The translations under genes were made by a program, and so were the position numbers. A DNA stretch of 63,955 nucleotides, filler included, from Octopus bimaculoides (Eukaryota): assembly GCF_001194135.2 (NCBI RefSeq). It is 8 parts of 8 records of this genome, joined end to end, with 100 filler letters (N's around TTAATTAATTAA, not from the genome) between each part and the next. Parts side by side here need not be neighbours in the genome. Positions count along the whole stretch, not along the records: positions 32,484 to 54,694 come from NC_068985.1; 7 more parts are not named here. One strand, given 5' to 3'. The notes under the pieces are model-generated. The model did not search any database. It worked only from the letters and a program-made list of their open reading frames with translations, and had not been told where the DNA came from. Positions 35,154 through 48,884 of the stretch are shown in pieces. The first letter of the stretch is position 1. The number at the start of each line of letters is the position of its first letter.

Positions 35154-36065
35154 TGAATCCTCAGTTTACGATACTTTTCATCATGAAAGTATCGTCCACG
35201 ATACTTTCCAGTGTATCAAAGACTAGTGAGAAGGGAAAAAGCAAGTTACCTTTAAATCAGAAACTTGACTGCATGCTTGTAACAGAGTGGAAACTGTTTA
35301 AAGTGCTACAGAACCAGGTGGTGATCTTAAAATGGATGATGGCATAAGTTAGCTATCCAGAAACAAGAATATTCCTTCTAACTGACATCCACAGTTTTTG
35401 TCGACCAAATTTTGCTCACAAGGTTTTGGTCAACATGAATCAATGATCGAAGAATGGAAAGCGCAACTGATGTATCAGTGTCTGTCCTTTCGTCTAGGGC
35501 GAAGGGACAGCCCCCGAAACATCAGATTCAGCTTCTTGTGTTCTATGAACTTATGCCTATTAGAAATAACAGTTAAGTCTCTGTCATATCATACTCTATA
35601 GTCTTAAAACAGATTTGATGACGTAGTCCCGTTTACATTATGATAACTGTTTCTAATTTAAGAAGAAGGCCAACAATGTTCAAGGGAGATTGTTGATCGA
35701 TGAGACTGACTCTTGTACTTGTATTTTATTTTTCGACCCCATAGGCATGAAGTTCAGAACAGAAAGAGGCGGAAGAAATACCGCAAAGCATTTTTCCAAC
35801 GCTCTAATGACTTACATTATAATAATGCTCAGAAAAAACCCAGTGGTGCCAGATGCATAAAAAACATGGTTATGTGAACGATAACATAATCAACGTTACG
35901 AGCCAAGAAATTCTATTCAAAATTACATTTGTATTGGTAAAAAAACATCATTAACTTAATGATTAATTCTAATTCCCAAACGCAGAGGAGACAACACCGA
36001 CATTGCAATGATTTGTCAGTACGGGAGACAACTCTGGCCATGTTTCTGTCTTATTATACCGCATC

Positions 36066-36400
36066 GTGAAGGCGATTGGCTTAGTCGTTATGGTAATCGA
36101 CGCACGATCGGAAGGTCGTGAATTCGATTCCCATCGGTGCGTTGTGTCTTTCAGCAAGACACTTTATTTCACGTTGCTCCAGTCCACTCAGCTGGCAAAA
36201 ATGTGTTGTACCCGTAATTCAAAAGGCCAGTCTTCTCACATCCTGATTCACGCCGAATTTCCCTGAGAACTACGTTAAGGGTGCGCGTGTCTGTGGAGTT
36301 TTCAACCACTTGCACGTTAATTTCACGAGCAGGTTGTTCCATTGATCGACTCAACTGGAACCTGCGTCGTCGTAACCGTCGGAACGTGTACCACACCTCA
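36066..36400 (+). mobile_element. SINE with family A head and family C tail
   Basis: GAATTCGATTCCC B-box, CAAGACACTTTATTTCACGTTGCTCCAGT core, GAGAACTACGTTAAGGG tail. Confidence 0.8.
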
Positions 36401-37327
36401 TCAACGAAACGTAGTCCAACAGTTACTACAGAACAAGACGCGTTCAGAAATATACAGAATTTTTTGTATGTCTTTTGAACTGCATACCTTTATTGGTAAC
36501 CTAAAGTGCCCTTTCCCACTAAACCTCACTCTCGTCAATTTGGAATACATACCAAATTAGAAAAGCCAAAACTAAATTACCGTTTTTATAATATAAATTT
36601 CATTAAGTATTCTTTATTCAGTAAAGCCATCAGACTGAAAGGCTGCCATATTAGTTTTCTTCTATTTTTTCTTGTTGCCTTCTTTCATTTGTTTTGTTTC
36701 TCTTTTATAGATCGTCAAATTGTATCTTCAGTCTGGTGCATACAAATTGCCAATAATGTTTCAATCAGCAAGCATTTTTCTTGATAAAGCAGCCGATTCC
36801 ATCAATATATATCATCTATCTCTTTCTCTCGAAATCTAAAATGGATTCACCGTAAATAATACGGCTTTAGTTAACTAGTGTAAAAACGATGTGTTCCTCT
36901 AATGGTCAAATATCGTCTGCTTTAATGAAAGTAAACATTTATCCGTTTTTCATTTTTTTTTTTTTTTTTTTTGCATTTAGTTTCTATTAGCTTCGGTTAT
37001 ATAAAGTAGCTAGTAGCTATCATCTGCCCATATCCGCCTTGATTCAGCTCAGCGGGACCCATTTCGTCTCTGTCCGCTTGTGTCCGCTCTAGTCCGTTGA
37101 ACATCATCAAGCTAAATTGAAAATCAATGTTAACACTGCTAAAGTTTCGATTTTACTGTCAAAGTAAATTATATAGAACTGATATCAAGGCCAAGCCTAA
37201 ATGGATAGTCACAGAAACATATCTACTTCTAAATTGAGTATCAAGGCATGGAAATGAGCTTGCGTTGTTGACCTGAAAGAATAAAGAAAAAACACCTAAA
37301 TGAATATATATATGTTTATATATATAT

Positions 37328-37397
37328 ATATTTACATACCCTCATTTATATATGTATATATATATATATATATATATAAATGAAGGTATGTAAATAT
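37328..37397. repeat. Inverted repeat around a (TA)n core
   Basis: ATATTTACATACCCTCATTTATATAT vs ATATATAAATGAAGGTATGTAAATAT (one mismatch). Confidence 0.8.
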
Positions 37398-37416
37398 GTA
37401 TATATGTATTTATAAA

Positions 37417-37498
<82 letters not shown>

Positions 37499-38164
37499 TA
37501 CATATATGTGTATGGACGCATATAATGTATGTATGTAATTTAATATATAGCAAATAAAGTAAAACCATTTAAGTGAACAAATCGTTAAGTAATATCCTTA
37601 GTAGATTTTTTTAGAAAGATTACCAAGAAAAAAAGAACATTCTTTACAATTTACATGGAGTATAATATAAAGGTGCATCTATTGGGGATATTTTTTCCGT
37701 TGAAAACAACTTGTTTAGCGAATAGAAAACATGCAATTATTTTCAATATCTCCATGAATAAGAAGAAATTTCATTATTGAGTATAAAAGTCACGGATGAC
37801 TAACTAGATGGTAGGAGTGGTAACATGTTAATCTAAGTTTCAGTGGTTGGAATCCTAATACCGTTTTCAGTATCAAGATAATGTATGGAGTTGTCAGTAG
37901 TAGGAGTATTGTGTAATTTCAATGTGTTTCGTTAGATTTCGATATCGAAATGGATCTGTTTGCGTGAGCTACTGGAAAGGAAATAAATTAAAATCTTTGA
38001 AATTTTTTGTGAAAATACTTCACTGATTCTATATTGTTATATATTGTAGAAGGTTGATGTAATTTTAGATAACACTAATAGTATGGGAGAACACAAATTT
38101 ATTATTAGAAATTTGTAATTAGGAGAGTATTTATCTCATTTACATGACATCATTTATAGTATCA

Positions 38165-38520
38165 TTATATAGGTTTCGAACTTTCGCACAAGGGGGACGG
38201 GCACAGTCGATTACATTGACCCCGGTCCTCAGCTGTTACTTATTCTGTCGACTTCGACAAAGTCGACGTCGGCGGAGTTTGAACTCGGAACGTAAAGGCG
38301 GAAGAAATGCTGCTAAACATTTTTCCCGGTGCGCTAACGATTCTTCCAGCGAAATGCTTAGCGGCGCTTCGTCTGTCTGTACGTTCTGCGTTCAAATTCA
38401 GACGGAGTCGACTTTGCTTGTTATCCCTGCGGGTGCGATAAATTAAGTACCAGTGAAACACTGGGTCGATATAATCGACCAATCCCCTCCCCCAAATGTC
38501 AGACACTGTGCCTTTAGTAA
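38165..38520. mobile_element. Divergent inverted pair of SINE family B copies
   Basis: Minus copy 38165-38350 directly followed by plus copy 38350-38520. Confidence 0.7.
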
Positions 38521-38749
38521 ATTATTACTTATGCGAGAGAGAAAGAAAGAAAAGGAGAGAGAAAATAAGGAAGGAAAGAAAATTTAGAAAGGAGTAAGAA
38601 AACGAAAAAAAGAAAAGATTTTGAGAGAGGAAAAGAAGAAAAGAGTGAAAGAAGAATTTTTCAGATGGTATAAAAAGATTGGTAATATACAGAGAGGATA
38701 TGCATTCTTTGGTCTCAGAACTTTATTTCTAAATCAGAATCTCTATTAC

Positions 38750-40555
38750 CTTCGTCTTAAGAGCCTTATCATCTTCCCTTTGTAATCTGATGCCATTAGA
38801 CGTCGGTGTTTGCTGTTCGTTAGCCTCAACCCTCTACAGGTCTGCCCATTTTGCATTTTCTATAAAGACCTTGTCCTACCTACGCTTGTGTCGGCCTTTT
38901 TCCAGTGCCCTAGACTCTAGGGCCTAGAGTATCTGGTCAAAATTTTGTTTAGATTCCACACTGCTTCCAGAATGTTTCTTGTTTTATTTCTTCAATATCT
39001 TAAGGTTACATTGGGTTGGCAAGAGGTCGGCAACGGCACACAAGAGGCAGGATAATTTTACTCCAGAGTTTTTTTCCAGAATAGTGGGCACTCCAGTGTC
39101 TGGTCCCACTATATCCTTTGTTCTTGGAGGGCAAGCTTTACTGCCAATATACTACGATCCACTTCCGTTGAATTGCGGATCTTTTGCACTGTGATCTATT
39201 TCTTGTCTCATTTTGAGATTTTTTCACCTCTTGGTGTTGCAGTTGCTAAGTCCTTGACAAACTACTCTTCATACTTCAGTATATTTCCGCTTCCTTCACA
39301 CCTTCCCTGGCTTCTACGTTCTGTCGCACCTTATGATCTTGTTGGCATATTTGACTCTTTCGTTTTCATGTAAAAGAAATGTTTTGATTGCTCTTGCTTC
39401 TGTGGCTTTGAATTTCTCCGTGACTGATGAAATTGGTAGGTGGAGCTTAGAGGCCTTGCTGTACGATTTGACTGAGCTAAAATTTGAGTAACATCAAACC
39501 ACCTTCGTTCAAATTTATTACACAACCTCTCCATTGCCTCCACCTTAGTCAGGATAAATTCATAAAGCAAGAAAAGCCATTGTGGTCCGGGAATGGTATC
39601 ATACTGGAAGCTTCCAACTAGCTGGCTGTATTCAACTGTCCTCGTGTTTAGTTGGATCTTGGTGTCTGTGACATTGCCATTGTCCTTCAGGATACACTCA
39701 TAATTCTTCCCAAGGCATCGGACTTGTTCTTTTTGTTTTTGTTTTTTTTTGTTTTTTTACTGTTAGAATATCAGACACCCGAATGCTGAATGATGAAACT
39801 GTCGTTTGTCAGCCTTCATTTGAGAATACTCAGGTTTCAAGATTTTGCTGGACTGAACTCCATACGTGATCGTGTGACCATCTTTTTCAGCGACCTCAGA
39901 CTCAGTCGTATCCCTTGGATTGATGTTGTTATGATTGTTATGTCATCCATGAAAACTCTGCAGATTGGATATCTTGTACTGTCATCAGTTTCAGGTCCTC
40001 TCGTCCGTTTTCGTCCTACCTCCAACAATAGGTTCATGGCCGCCACGAATAGGACCACGGAAATCGTGCATCCTATCATAATGTTCTTTTCCGGTCTTTT
40101 CATTTGATGGTTTCACCTTCTACTGTGAACCTCATCATCAGCGAATCCATGTGCAACATTATGAATTTGACCACTGCTCGTAGTAATTGGTGATATTCCA
40201 GTGCACATAGGATTAGGTGGCAGGGCACACTTGACTAGATTTGACAAGAGCAACACATACCACTGAGAGTACGTTTGTCTTCCTCTTTGCCTCTTTAATG
40301 ATGTGAATGCTTTCTGGTGTTTGTTTGAGGCATCCAGAATATCCTGAGAACTCTCCATTTTCGGTATTCGTGTCAATGGCCACAACATGCGATATGATAT
40401 ATGTTGTGTCGACGCACCCCACGCGAAGAAGTAGGATCTCCCAAGACATATAAATAGAAGTAGTCTGGCCGTGGTAGGAGCGTTGAGTAGCAGACGAGTA
40501 GCAGTTGTGTAGCGGTTGAGTAGAGATCATCCGAAGGGGCTAGATAGCTGTAGCA
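38750..40555 (-). mobile_element. Hero/NeSL-like non-LTR retrotransposon RT fragment (frameshifted)
   Basis: GFSGYSGCL-like segment, IMIGCTISVVLFVAAMNLLLEVG, RT motif RVFMDDITI, downstream LYEFILTKVEAMERLCNKF..RWF; multiple stops and frameshifts. Confidence 0.75.
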
Positions 40556-40564
40556 TTGAGACAT

Positions 40565-41469
40565 AACAACATCAAAAGATTCCTAGACTAGGTATGTTTA
40601 ATAGAAAATAACTTATTTACCTAAGTTTTAACATTATCTCCTTCGAAATAGACACATGGCACAGCAATACACTGGTCCCAGCATTCTTGCCACTTTTGGA
40701 ATCCAGCCTGGAAGTCGTTTTCCATAAGCGAATTCAGGACCTTCTGCAATTCACTCTGGATCTTGACAATGGTGTTAAAACAGCGACCCTTGAGCTGCAT
40801 TTTCATCTTGGGGGAAGAGATGGAAGTCTGCAGGTGCTAAATCTGGCGAATAGGGCGGATGCAGAAGCGATACCATGTTGCTTTTGCCGAGAAACTCGCG
40901 AGTGAGGAGAGCTCGGTGAAGAATCCAATTATTCGCGCTCCACAAATCCGGTCCATTTCGCCGAATGTCTTCCCTCAAACACTTCGAAACGTCGCGGTAG
41001 AACTCTCGATTGACGATCTAGCCCTGGGGGGGAACGAATTCTCGATGCACAGTACCACATTTCCGGAGGTGACGTTCGTTGCAGGTCTTTCACGTCGCTC
41101 ACCGTTTTCCAGGGACGTTCTTCCGCTTTTGAGGCTCCCGTGCCACTCGAAACAGTACAACCCATTGCCACGTCGCTGTAAGCTTCTCAAAGCATGCTGA
41201 ATGTCTCTGTAGCAGACTTGACAAATTTAACGCAAAATTTCACGTTGGCTCTTTGTTCTTGCCCGTGACAAAAATCACAGACTACAAGCATACACGTGAT
41301 CATAAAAACAGAAATTTCACAATTTACGAAGTAAACACAGCGATGTCACTCTGCGCACTGTTTCATGAAAGTCACTGATAGCTTTCATTGCGCATGCAAC
41401 CGTGTGCTGCCATCTGCAACCGTGTGCGCTATAGAACTTGTCCGGGAACTTTCTGATACCACCTTGTTA
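40565..41469 (-). mobile_element. Internally deleted mariner element
   Basis: LLHPPYSPDLAPADFHLF and MKMQLKGRCF...FQKWQECWDQCI...YFEGD; mariner-type TIR TAACAAGGTGGTATCAGAAAGTTCCCGGAC at the right end; HDNAPAH segment missing. Confidence 0.9.
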
Positions 41470-42097
41470 ATCTTCTGGCAATAATGAATCAAAATATCTT
41501 TCCCTCGACATCTCTCTAAACTGATCAAATTCTGTCGTGCTTTCTTTTGGTGGGGGACAAAACAACCCGTATGAAGTTTCAAAAGACAAGGTTTCTGCCT
41601 TTACCTGGTTTTTTGATTTTTGTTTTTTTTTTTTTGCTTTTCTGATTTATATTAAGACAGACGGCATCACAGGTCATTCCTCAGCGAGTTCACGGAGTAA
41701 ATAATTGTTCGATAACGTTTTCACAGATTGTTATAAATGTTATTTTTTAAATATCCAATAATTTACCATTGTAATTTAATTTATTTTATTATAATATATA
41801 ATTATCTTAATTGACAATATAATTTTCCTCATATTCCCCTCAATATTTCCCCTACCGTAAAACAAAACATTATATTATAAGAATAAATACACAAACACAG
41901 ACACACAAACACACACACATACACACACGCACACATACACATACACCACCACCACGCCACACCACACTCATACACACTTTCATGGGTAGACTACATACAT
42001 ATATAGACACACATAGTCATATGCATATATACAAGTATATATGTATGTATAAGTATAATATANNNNNNNNNNNNNNNNNNNNNNNNNNNNNNNNNNN

Positions 42098-42133
<36 letters not shown>

Positions 42134-42594
42134 GTGCTATAAACAATCGACGCCTGTGTACAATTCTCATTATATAGTGTCTGTTATATATGCATATATT
42201 TTGTTTTATATGTAGATATTTATTGCCTTATTTTTGTATATATGATTAGATTTGCATCTTTGTCGCTTCAATTATGTTATTTTACATAGACAATTAGCTC
42301 TCACATCTCTTACGGCCAACAATTCGTTTTTCTTTTTGTTCATTTTATCTATATGGATGTATTTATTCGTTTTCGTCGTTTCCTACATAATAGATAATCC
42401 TAATATTAGTATGGTTTCCCACATTTACTTCATTAAGTTGTCTTATTTGCATATTCAATCATTTTTTTTTCTGCTACTCATAGTTTTCTACCACTTTTAA
42501 TTTACAGAATAGATATTGTTTCTTCATATGATATTTACCTACTAACTTCTTCTATGTAGACTTCGTTTCATAAAACTAACTGTAGACTAAATAT

Positions 42595-42638
<44 letters not shown>

Positions 42639-44065
42639 TGTGTGTGCGTGTATACATATATACATATATGTATATATATGTATNNNNNNNNNNNNNNNNN
42701 NNNNNNNNNNNNNNNNNNNNNNNNNNNNNNNNNNNNNNNNNNNNNNNNNNNNNNNNNNNNNNNNNNNNNNNNNNNNNNNNNNNNNNNNNNNNNNNNNNNN
42801 NNNNNNNNNNNNNNNNNNNNNNNNNNNNNNNNNNNNNNNNNNNNNNNNNNNNNNNNNNNNNNNNNNNNNNNNNNNNNNNNNNNNNNNNNNNNNNNNNNNN
42901 NNNNNNNNNNNNNNNNNNNNNNNNNNNNNNNNNNNNNNNNNNNNNNNNNNNNNNNNNNNNNNNNNNNNNNNNNNNNNNNNNNNNNNNNNNNNNNNNNNNN
43001 NNNNNNNNNNNNNNNNNNNNNNNNNNNNNNNNNNNNNNNNNNNNNNNNNNNNNNNNNNNNNNNNNNNNNNNNNNNNNNNNNNNNNNNNNNNNNNNNNNNN
43101 NNNNNNNNNNNNNNNNNNNNNNNNNNNNNNNNNNNNNNNNNNNATATATATATATATATATACAATTATATGTATTTATTTACTCTTAGTTAACAATTAA
43201 CTCTGACAAAATAAATTGGTTAATAGTTACCGGGGTAGCAAGGTTCACAAAATAACTTGGGTGAAACTCCTATTTATGAGGTAGAAACTCCCTGTTAATT
43301 TGAGGTATTTTGAATAAATATAAGATTAAATAAATGGAGTTATACGCATGTGTTAAATAATTTCTTTTATTTCCGACATACGTTTCGAAGATTACAATTG
43401 GTTCATTCCAAAGGAATGAAGGATGTTGAGAGTCATCATTTTGTCAGAGTTAAGTGTTAACTAAGAGAAAATAAATGCATATAATTAAATATATATATAC
43501 ACATGTATATATACATATGTATAAAAATATTTGAATATACACAGTCTGAGCTCCCCTGTTCGAAAGTATAAGGACGCAGATGTTGTATCGTACAGCCAGC
43601 TGTAAATGACGTTTCCTGGGGCTAAACAACAGTAACATTCGTCCCATCCAGGACTGCCACATTATGTTGGCAAATAGTCTTTACTTTATATGAATATATA
43701 TATATATTTATAAATCTACATATACATAGATACATACATACATCTGCATGTATGTCTGTGTGCTAGTGTGAGTGTGCTTCTATGTGTGTGTGTGTGTGTA
43801 AAACCATAAGAGAAAACAATATATAATATAAACGAAAATCATTTGTTCCTCTGTGTTGAAAATGCTCCAAGTAAGTCAGTCCTCTCATCAGTGTTTTTAT
43901 ATTTTGTATGATATACTCTATATGTCCTGTGTTAATTACTCTGCGATCTTGAACCATAAAAATAATATAAGTGTAATATGTCTGTTGTATGTGTGGGAGA
44001 ATGTATGATAGTATGAATAAGAAACTTAGGAATCGTATGAAACTTACATTTATGTATATGTTGTG

Positions 44066-44109
<44 letters not shown>

Positions 44110-44454
44110 AAGACATAATAATCTTTGGTGAAAGAAGGGTTTATTGTTGTTGTTATTGCTGTTTCATCTTCTTCATCATCCTCTTCTTCTTCTTCTTCTT
44201 CTTCTTCTTCTTCTTCTTCTTCTTCTTCTTCTTCTTCTTCTTCTTCTTCTGCCATGACTACGCCGTAGCATTGTATATGCAGTACTACCTAGTAGAATAC
44301 CTCATTCATTTTATAACAGATAAAAGAGTGTGATCTGAAGGAAATAGGCTGCTGTTTGTAACAGGTCAAATGAAAAGAAAGGGACTCAATTTGTTGGCTC
44401 GAAAAGTTTTAACAGTTAATTATTTCATGTGCAATATTTAATTCTTTCTACTAC

Positions 44455-44636
44455 GAGCACAAGCCTGAAATTTAAGGAGAGGTGGCTAGTCGATTAGATT
44501 CACCTCAGTACTCAGTTACGAAACGGTGGAAGGTAAAGTTGACCTCGGCAATATATGAACTCAGAACGTAAAGCCGGAAGAAAAGCTGTTAAACATTTTG
44601 TCCGGTGTGCAAACGATTCTATTAGTTTGCCACTTT
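44455..44636 (-). mobile_element. SINE family B copy
   Basis: AAAGTTGACCTCGGC...GAACTCAGAACGTAAAG core, reverse orientation. Confidence 0.7.
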
Positions 44637-45379
44637 AGAGTGCAACATATGTTAATAGTGCAAAGTAATTAATACTGCATAACTATTAAATGTTTAATTA
44701 GAGTGATATCAGAAATTACAAACTTGAAAAGGCTTAACAGTTTCATGGAATATTTCGTGATTACAATAGAAATGTGCATTCTATAGCCGTTACAAAGTGG
44801 TTCCGGGAATATTATATTTAAAAGAGTTAATTCATTGACAAAAGCCATTTCCAGTTGGGATATTTCTATTCATTCTATTGTGCACAGCCAACAATCTGCA
44901 GCAGTTGCAGTCATCAGAACAGAAAATAGAAGAATAAACCTGTGATCTTGTCTTAGAAATTATAACAGCATATGGTAGGATGGTAAAAGGGAAGCAGAAC
45001 TCCGTAGCAGATGTAATAACAGATACCTTTATATGGTTCATATGAATGTGTTGCTTCATTGTAAGAAGCATCCGTCAAAATCAAAGATAAAACTCCGCAT
45101 AGCGGAATAGATCTTATAAATGATGGTTGCCACCAAGGCTAGGTACATAGGATTTGTGCTTCGTGATAAAATGATTTCGGGTTCGATCTTACAGTGTGGA
45201 AACTCGAGAAAGTATTTTCTACTATAGTTTCAGTAGTTTCAGGTTGGCCAATACTCTGGGAGTAAAGGTTCGTATACGGAAGTGTGTATATATATACATA
45301 TATACATATACACACATATATACATTGTACAAATATATTGTACATAGAAGGAAAGTTTTATATATATATATATTTATTT

Positions 45380-45422
<43 letters not shown>

Positions 45423-46199
45423 CATATACATATATATACGTATATATNNNNNNNNNNNNNNNNNNNNNNNNNNNNNNNNNNNNNNNNNNNNNNNNNNNNN
45501 NNNNNNNNNNNNNNNNNNNNNNNNNNNNNNNNNNNNNNNNNNNNNNNNNNNNNNNNNNNNNNNNNNNNNNNNNNNNNNNNNNNNNNNNNNNNNNNNNNNN
45601 NNNNNNNNNNNNNNNNNNNNNNNNNNNNNNNNNNNNNNNNNNNNNNNNNNNNNNNNNNNNNNNNNNNNNNNNNNNNNNNNNNNNNNNNNNNNNNNNNNNN
45701 NNNNNNNNNNNNNNNNNNNNNNNNNNNNNNNNNNNNNNNNNNNNNNNNNNNNNNNNNNNNNNNNNNNNNNNNNNNNNNNNNNNNNNNNNNNNNNNNNNNN
45801 NNNNNNNNNNNNNNNNNNNNNNNNNNNNNNNNNNNNNNNNNNNNNNNNNNNNNNNNNNNNNNNNNNNNNNNNNNNNNNNNNNNNNNNNNNNNNNNNNNNN
45901 NNNNNNNNNNNNNNNNNNNNNNNNNNNNNNNNNNNNNNNNNNNNNNNNNNNNNNNNNNNNNNNNNNNNNNNNNNNNNNNNNNNNNNNNNNNNNNNNNNNN
46001 NNNNNNNNNNNNNNNNNNNNNNNNNNNNNNNNNNNNNNNNNNNNNNNNNNNNNNNNNNNNNNNNNNNNNNNNNNNNNNNNNNNATATATATATCGGAAAA
46101 GGAAAAAGAAAGAATAATAATAATAATAATAATGCTAAACTGAATGCTAAACTGAAAGTATATTTTAATAAAGATGTGTATAAGGAGGATTAAAAAGGA

Positions 46200-47120
46200 T
46201 TTCTAACCGACTTTCATTGCATGACAAATTTTCATGAAGAGGTGAAATGAAAATAATGATTTTTACAAAGAAATATATATAAAAAAATAAATATACCAAT
46301 ACATTATATTGTCTTTGAGCTTCTAAAGTTCAATGGTAATCCATGTAGATAATTGTTAGAAAGATTAGGATGCATGTATTTAAGATTAGTGTTGTGTTTA
46401 AAAAGGCTGAATGTTTATGTGTCAAGCAGGACGTGTAGATAAGGGGAGACAATTCTGTGGGTTTTATACTCTTTAATTGGAGTTCTGGAGTTCTGTCAAC
46501 AGGAATTTTATGTCTGTTCCTAGAGAAACAAGAAGTAAATTTATATGTATTTCATTAGGTAAGCGAGTGAAGGTAATATGGTCACCGATGAGTTTGTATG
46601 TCAAGAAGCGTTTGGAATTTCTCTATAAAATGATTCTCTTTGTTGTTTCTTTCTTGTGTAGAGATTCTGTCTTTACATTGATAAAAAGGGAATATAAGAA
46701 ATTTAGGATTTTTTTTATTTCTGGCGCAAGAGTCTATGTGTCCACTGAGTGGAATTTGGTGGTGTTATGGAAGATTTATTTGTTCTTTATGGACTGCTAC
46801 TCTTCTACGCAAAGGAAGGCTCGTCTGTCTGATGTAGTTGTATCGGCAACCTGCACATGTGAGGACGTAAATGAGGGTCCCGGAGGAGCAAGAGAAGTTG
46901 GTCTTGGTTTTAAACCTTGTTCCTTGTTTGAAGGTAAATTCAGAGCCTTCAAGTATGTAGGGGCAGGTACCACAGTTAGAGCGTGCACATTAAAAATTTT
47001 GTGTGTGTGTGTGTTAACATCGAGGTAAAAGTGATGAAGAGGTATTCTCCGAGAGAAGTTCTTTGAGGTAAATTTTTGTTCTTCACTGAGTACGCATGTT
47101 CCGCTACCGTTTCTCGCCAT
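46200..47120 (-). mobile_element. Penelope-like element 3' part with GIY-YIG endonuclease
   Basis: Manual translation about 46972-46770: CGTCPYILEGSEFTFKQGTRFKTKTNFSCSSGTLIYVLTCAGCRYNYIRQTSLPLRRRVAVHKEQINLP; continues after a break HQIPLSGHIDSCARN...FLIFPFY...KENHFIEKF. Confidence 0.85.
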
Positions 47121-47607
47121 CATGGTAAGGCAGTGAACTAATGACTAACTTGTTCGAAACCCGTAACCAGCGATGACCTTGCTTCCTAAATACGATAAAA
47201 AAAATAAATAAAAATAAAATCGGTAAATAGATAGATAGATAAATGAATAAGTACATTATTTCAGATGTGCTACATCAGAATCTGTGTTACATCTATAAGA
47301 TATTCTTGTGAGGAACATCTGTCAATACCAAGATACAAAAACCAAACATACCTGCGTGCAGGATTCTTTGTTATAACTTGAGGAATTAGGTTTGTCTCTT
47401 TCTAAAAGAAATATCTAACGGAGTTTTCCTGTTGCTAGAGAAGTATCGCCAAAGATTTCCTGAGTAAGAAAGCTCAAAAGATATTTCCACAACAGTTCTG
47501 CTTTATAAGAGAACACGCATTAGCTACAACCAGCTCTAATCTTATTTATTCAAATATACAAATATATACATACATGCAGGCATAAATACATACATACAGA
47601 CACACAC

Positions 47608-47668
<61 letters not shown>

Positions 47669-48047
47669 CATGTACATATGTATATATATGTGTATGTGTA
47701 GATATATATATATATACAAAGCATCTTTTCATGTAATTCGTCCTCTTCTCTCTCTTTATTTATTGTGAGTGTATATGTATGAATGTATGTAGTATGTACA
47801 CACATATATATATATGTGTGTGTGTATGTGTGTGTGTGCACGCACTTAGGTACACACACATATATCTGTGTGTGCTGTATATGTGAGCTGTGTGTATGTG
47901 TGTGTATGTGTTTGTGTGTAAGCACACGGGAAAAGAGAGTAATAAGCTTGTATACCTGTGTGTATGTGTATGTATATATACAAGCACATAGGTATACACG
48001 TAAACGTGCGTACGTGAGTCGTTGTGGCGGTAGATATATATTTCAGG

Positions 48048-48120
<73 letters not shown>

Positions 48121-48496
48121 TTTATGTATGCATGTGTGGTGTGTGTGTGTATGTGTGTGTGTTTCTGTTGCTGCGTATGCCTGCGCGTGTTTGCTTTACA
48201 TTCGCATATGTCGACGTACTAAGCCATAACAAGTGCAGACGCTGTAATATCAAAAGAGCGCAGTGCTTTTCTAAATAGATAGCTTTATTTGGGACACCAA
48301 AGAATGAAGGGTCGGCCAAATAAACTCAATTACCTAACTTACAAATTGCTCTTTAGACTTGATCGACAGCTTGCCATTGAGAATAATTCCAATTTGAACC
48401 GGAATTACTCGGATTGTCACATTGATATACTTTGAAAGAAGTCGAGTGGAATGATGGCTATATATTTAGGTATGTGTGTGCGTGTATGTATGTGCG

Positions 48497-48556
<60 letters not shown>

Positions 48557-48706
48557 CAGTGTATATCTGTACACATGTACATATACAGGCCTATATTCTC
48601 ATATATACACATACATATAAATAAAATATACACAAACACGTAAGTTGGTATATGTGTGTGTATGTATACGCAAACACACACATATACTCACACAAATACG
48701 TGTATA

Positions 48707-48747
<41 letters not shown>

Positions 48748-48802
48748 TGCGCGTTTGTGTGTGTTTATAAGTTCATGTGTGCGTATGTGTGTGTGCGTGT
48801 GA

Positions 48803-48884
<82 letters not shown>

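Noticed and set aside
43335-43440. Hammerhead-like arrangement on the minus strand (CUGACA...UGAUGA...GAAACGUA-UGUCGG)
   Set aside because: Core is broken (AAAUGAUGA) and the base of stem II does not pair; at best a dead copy.
46477-47028. 183-aa plus-strand ORF
   Set aside because: Antisense to the Penelope GIY-YIG remnant; no independent coding signal.
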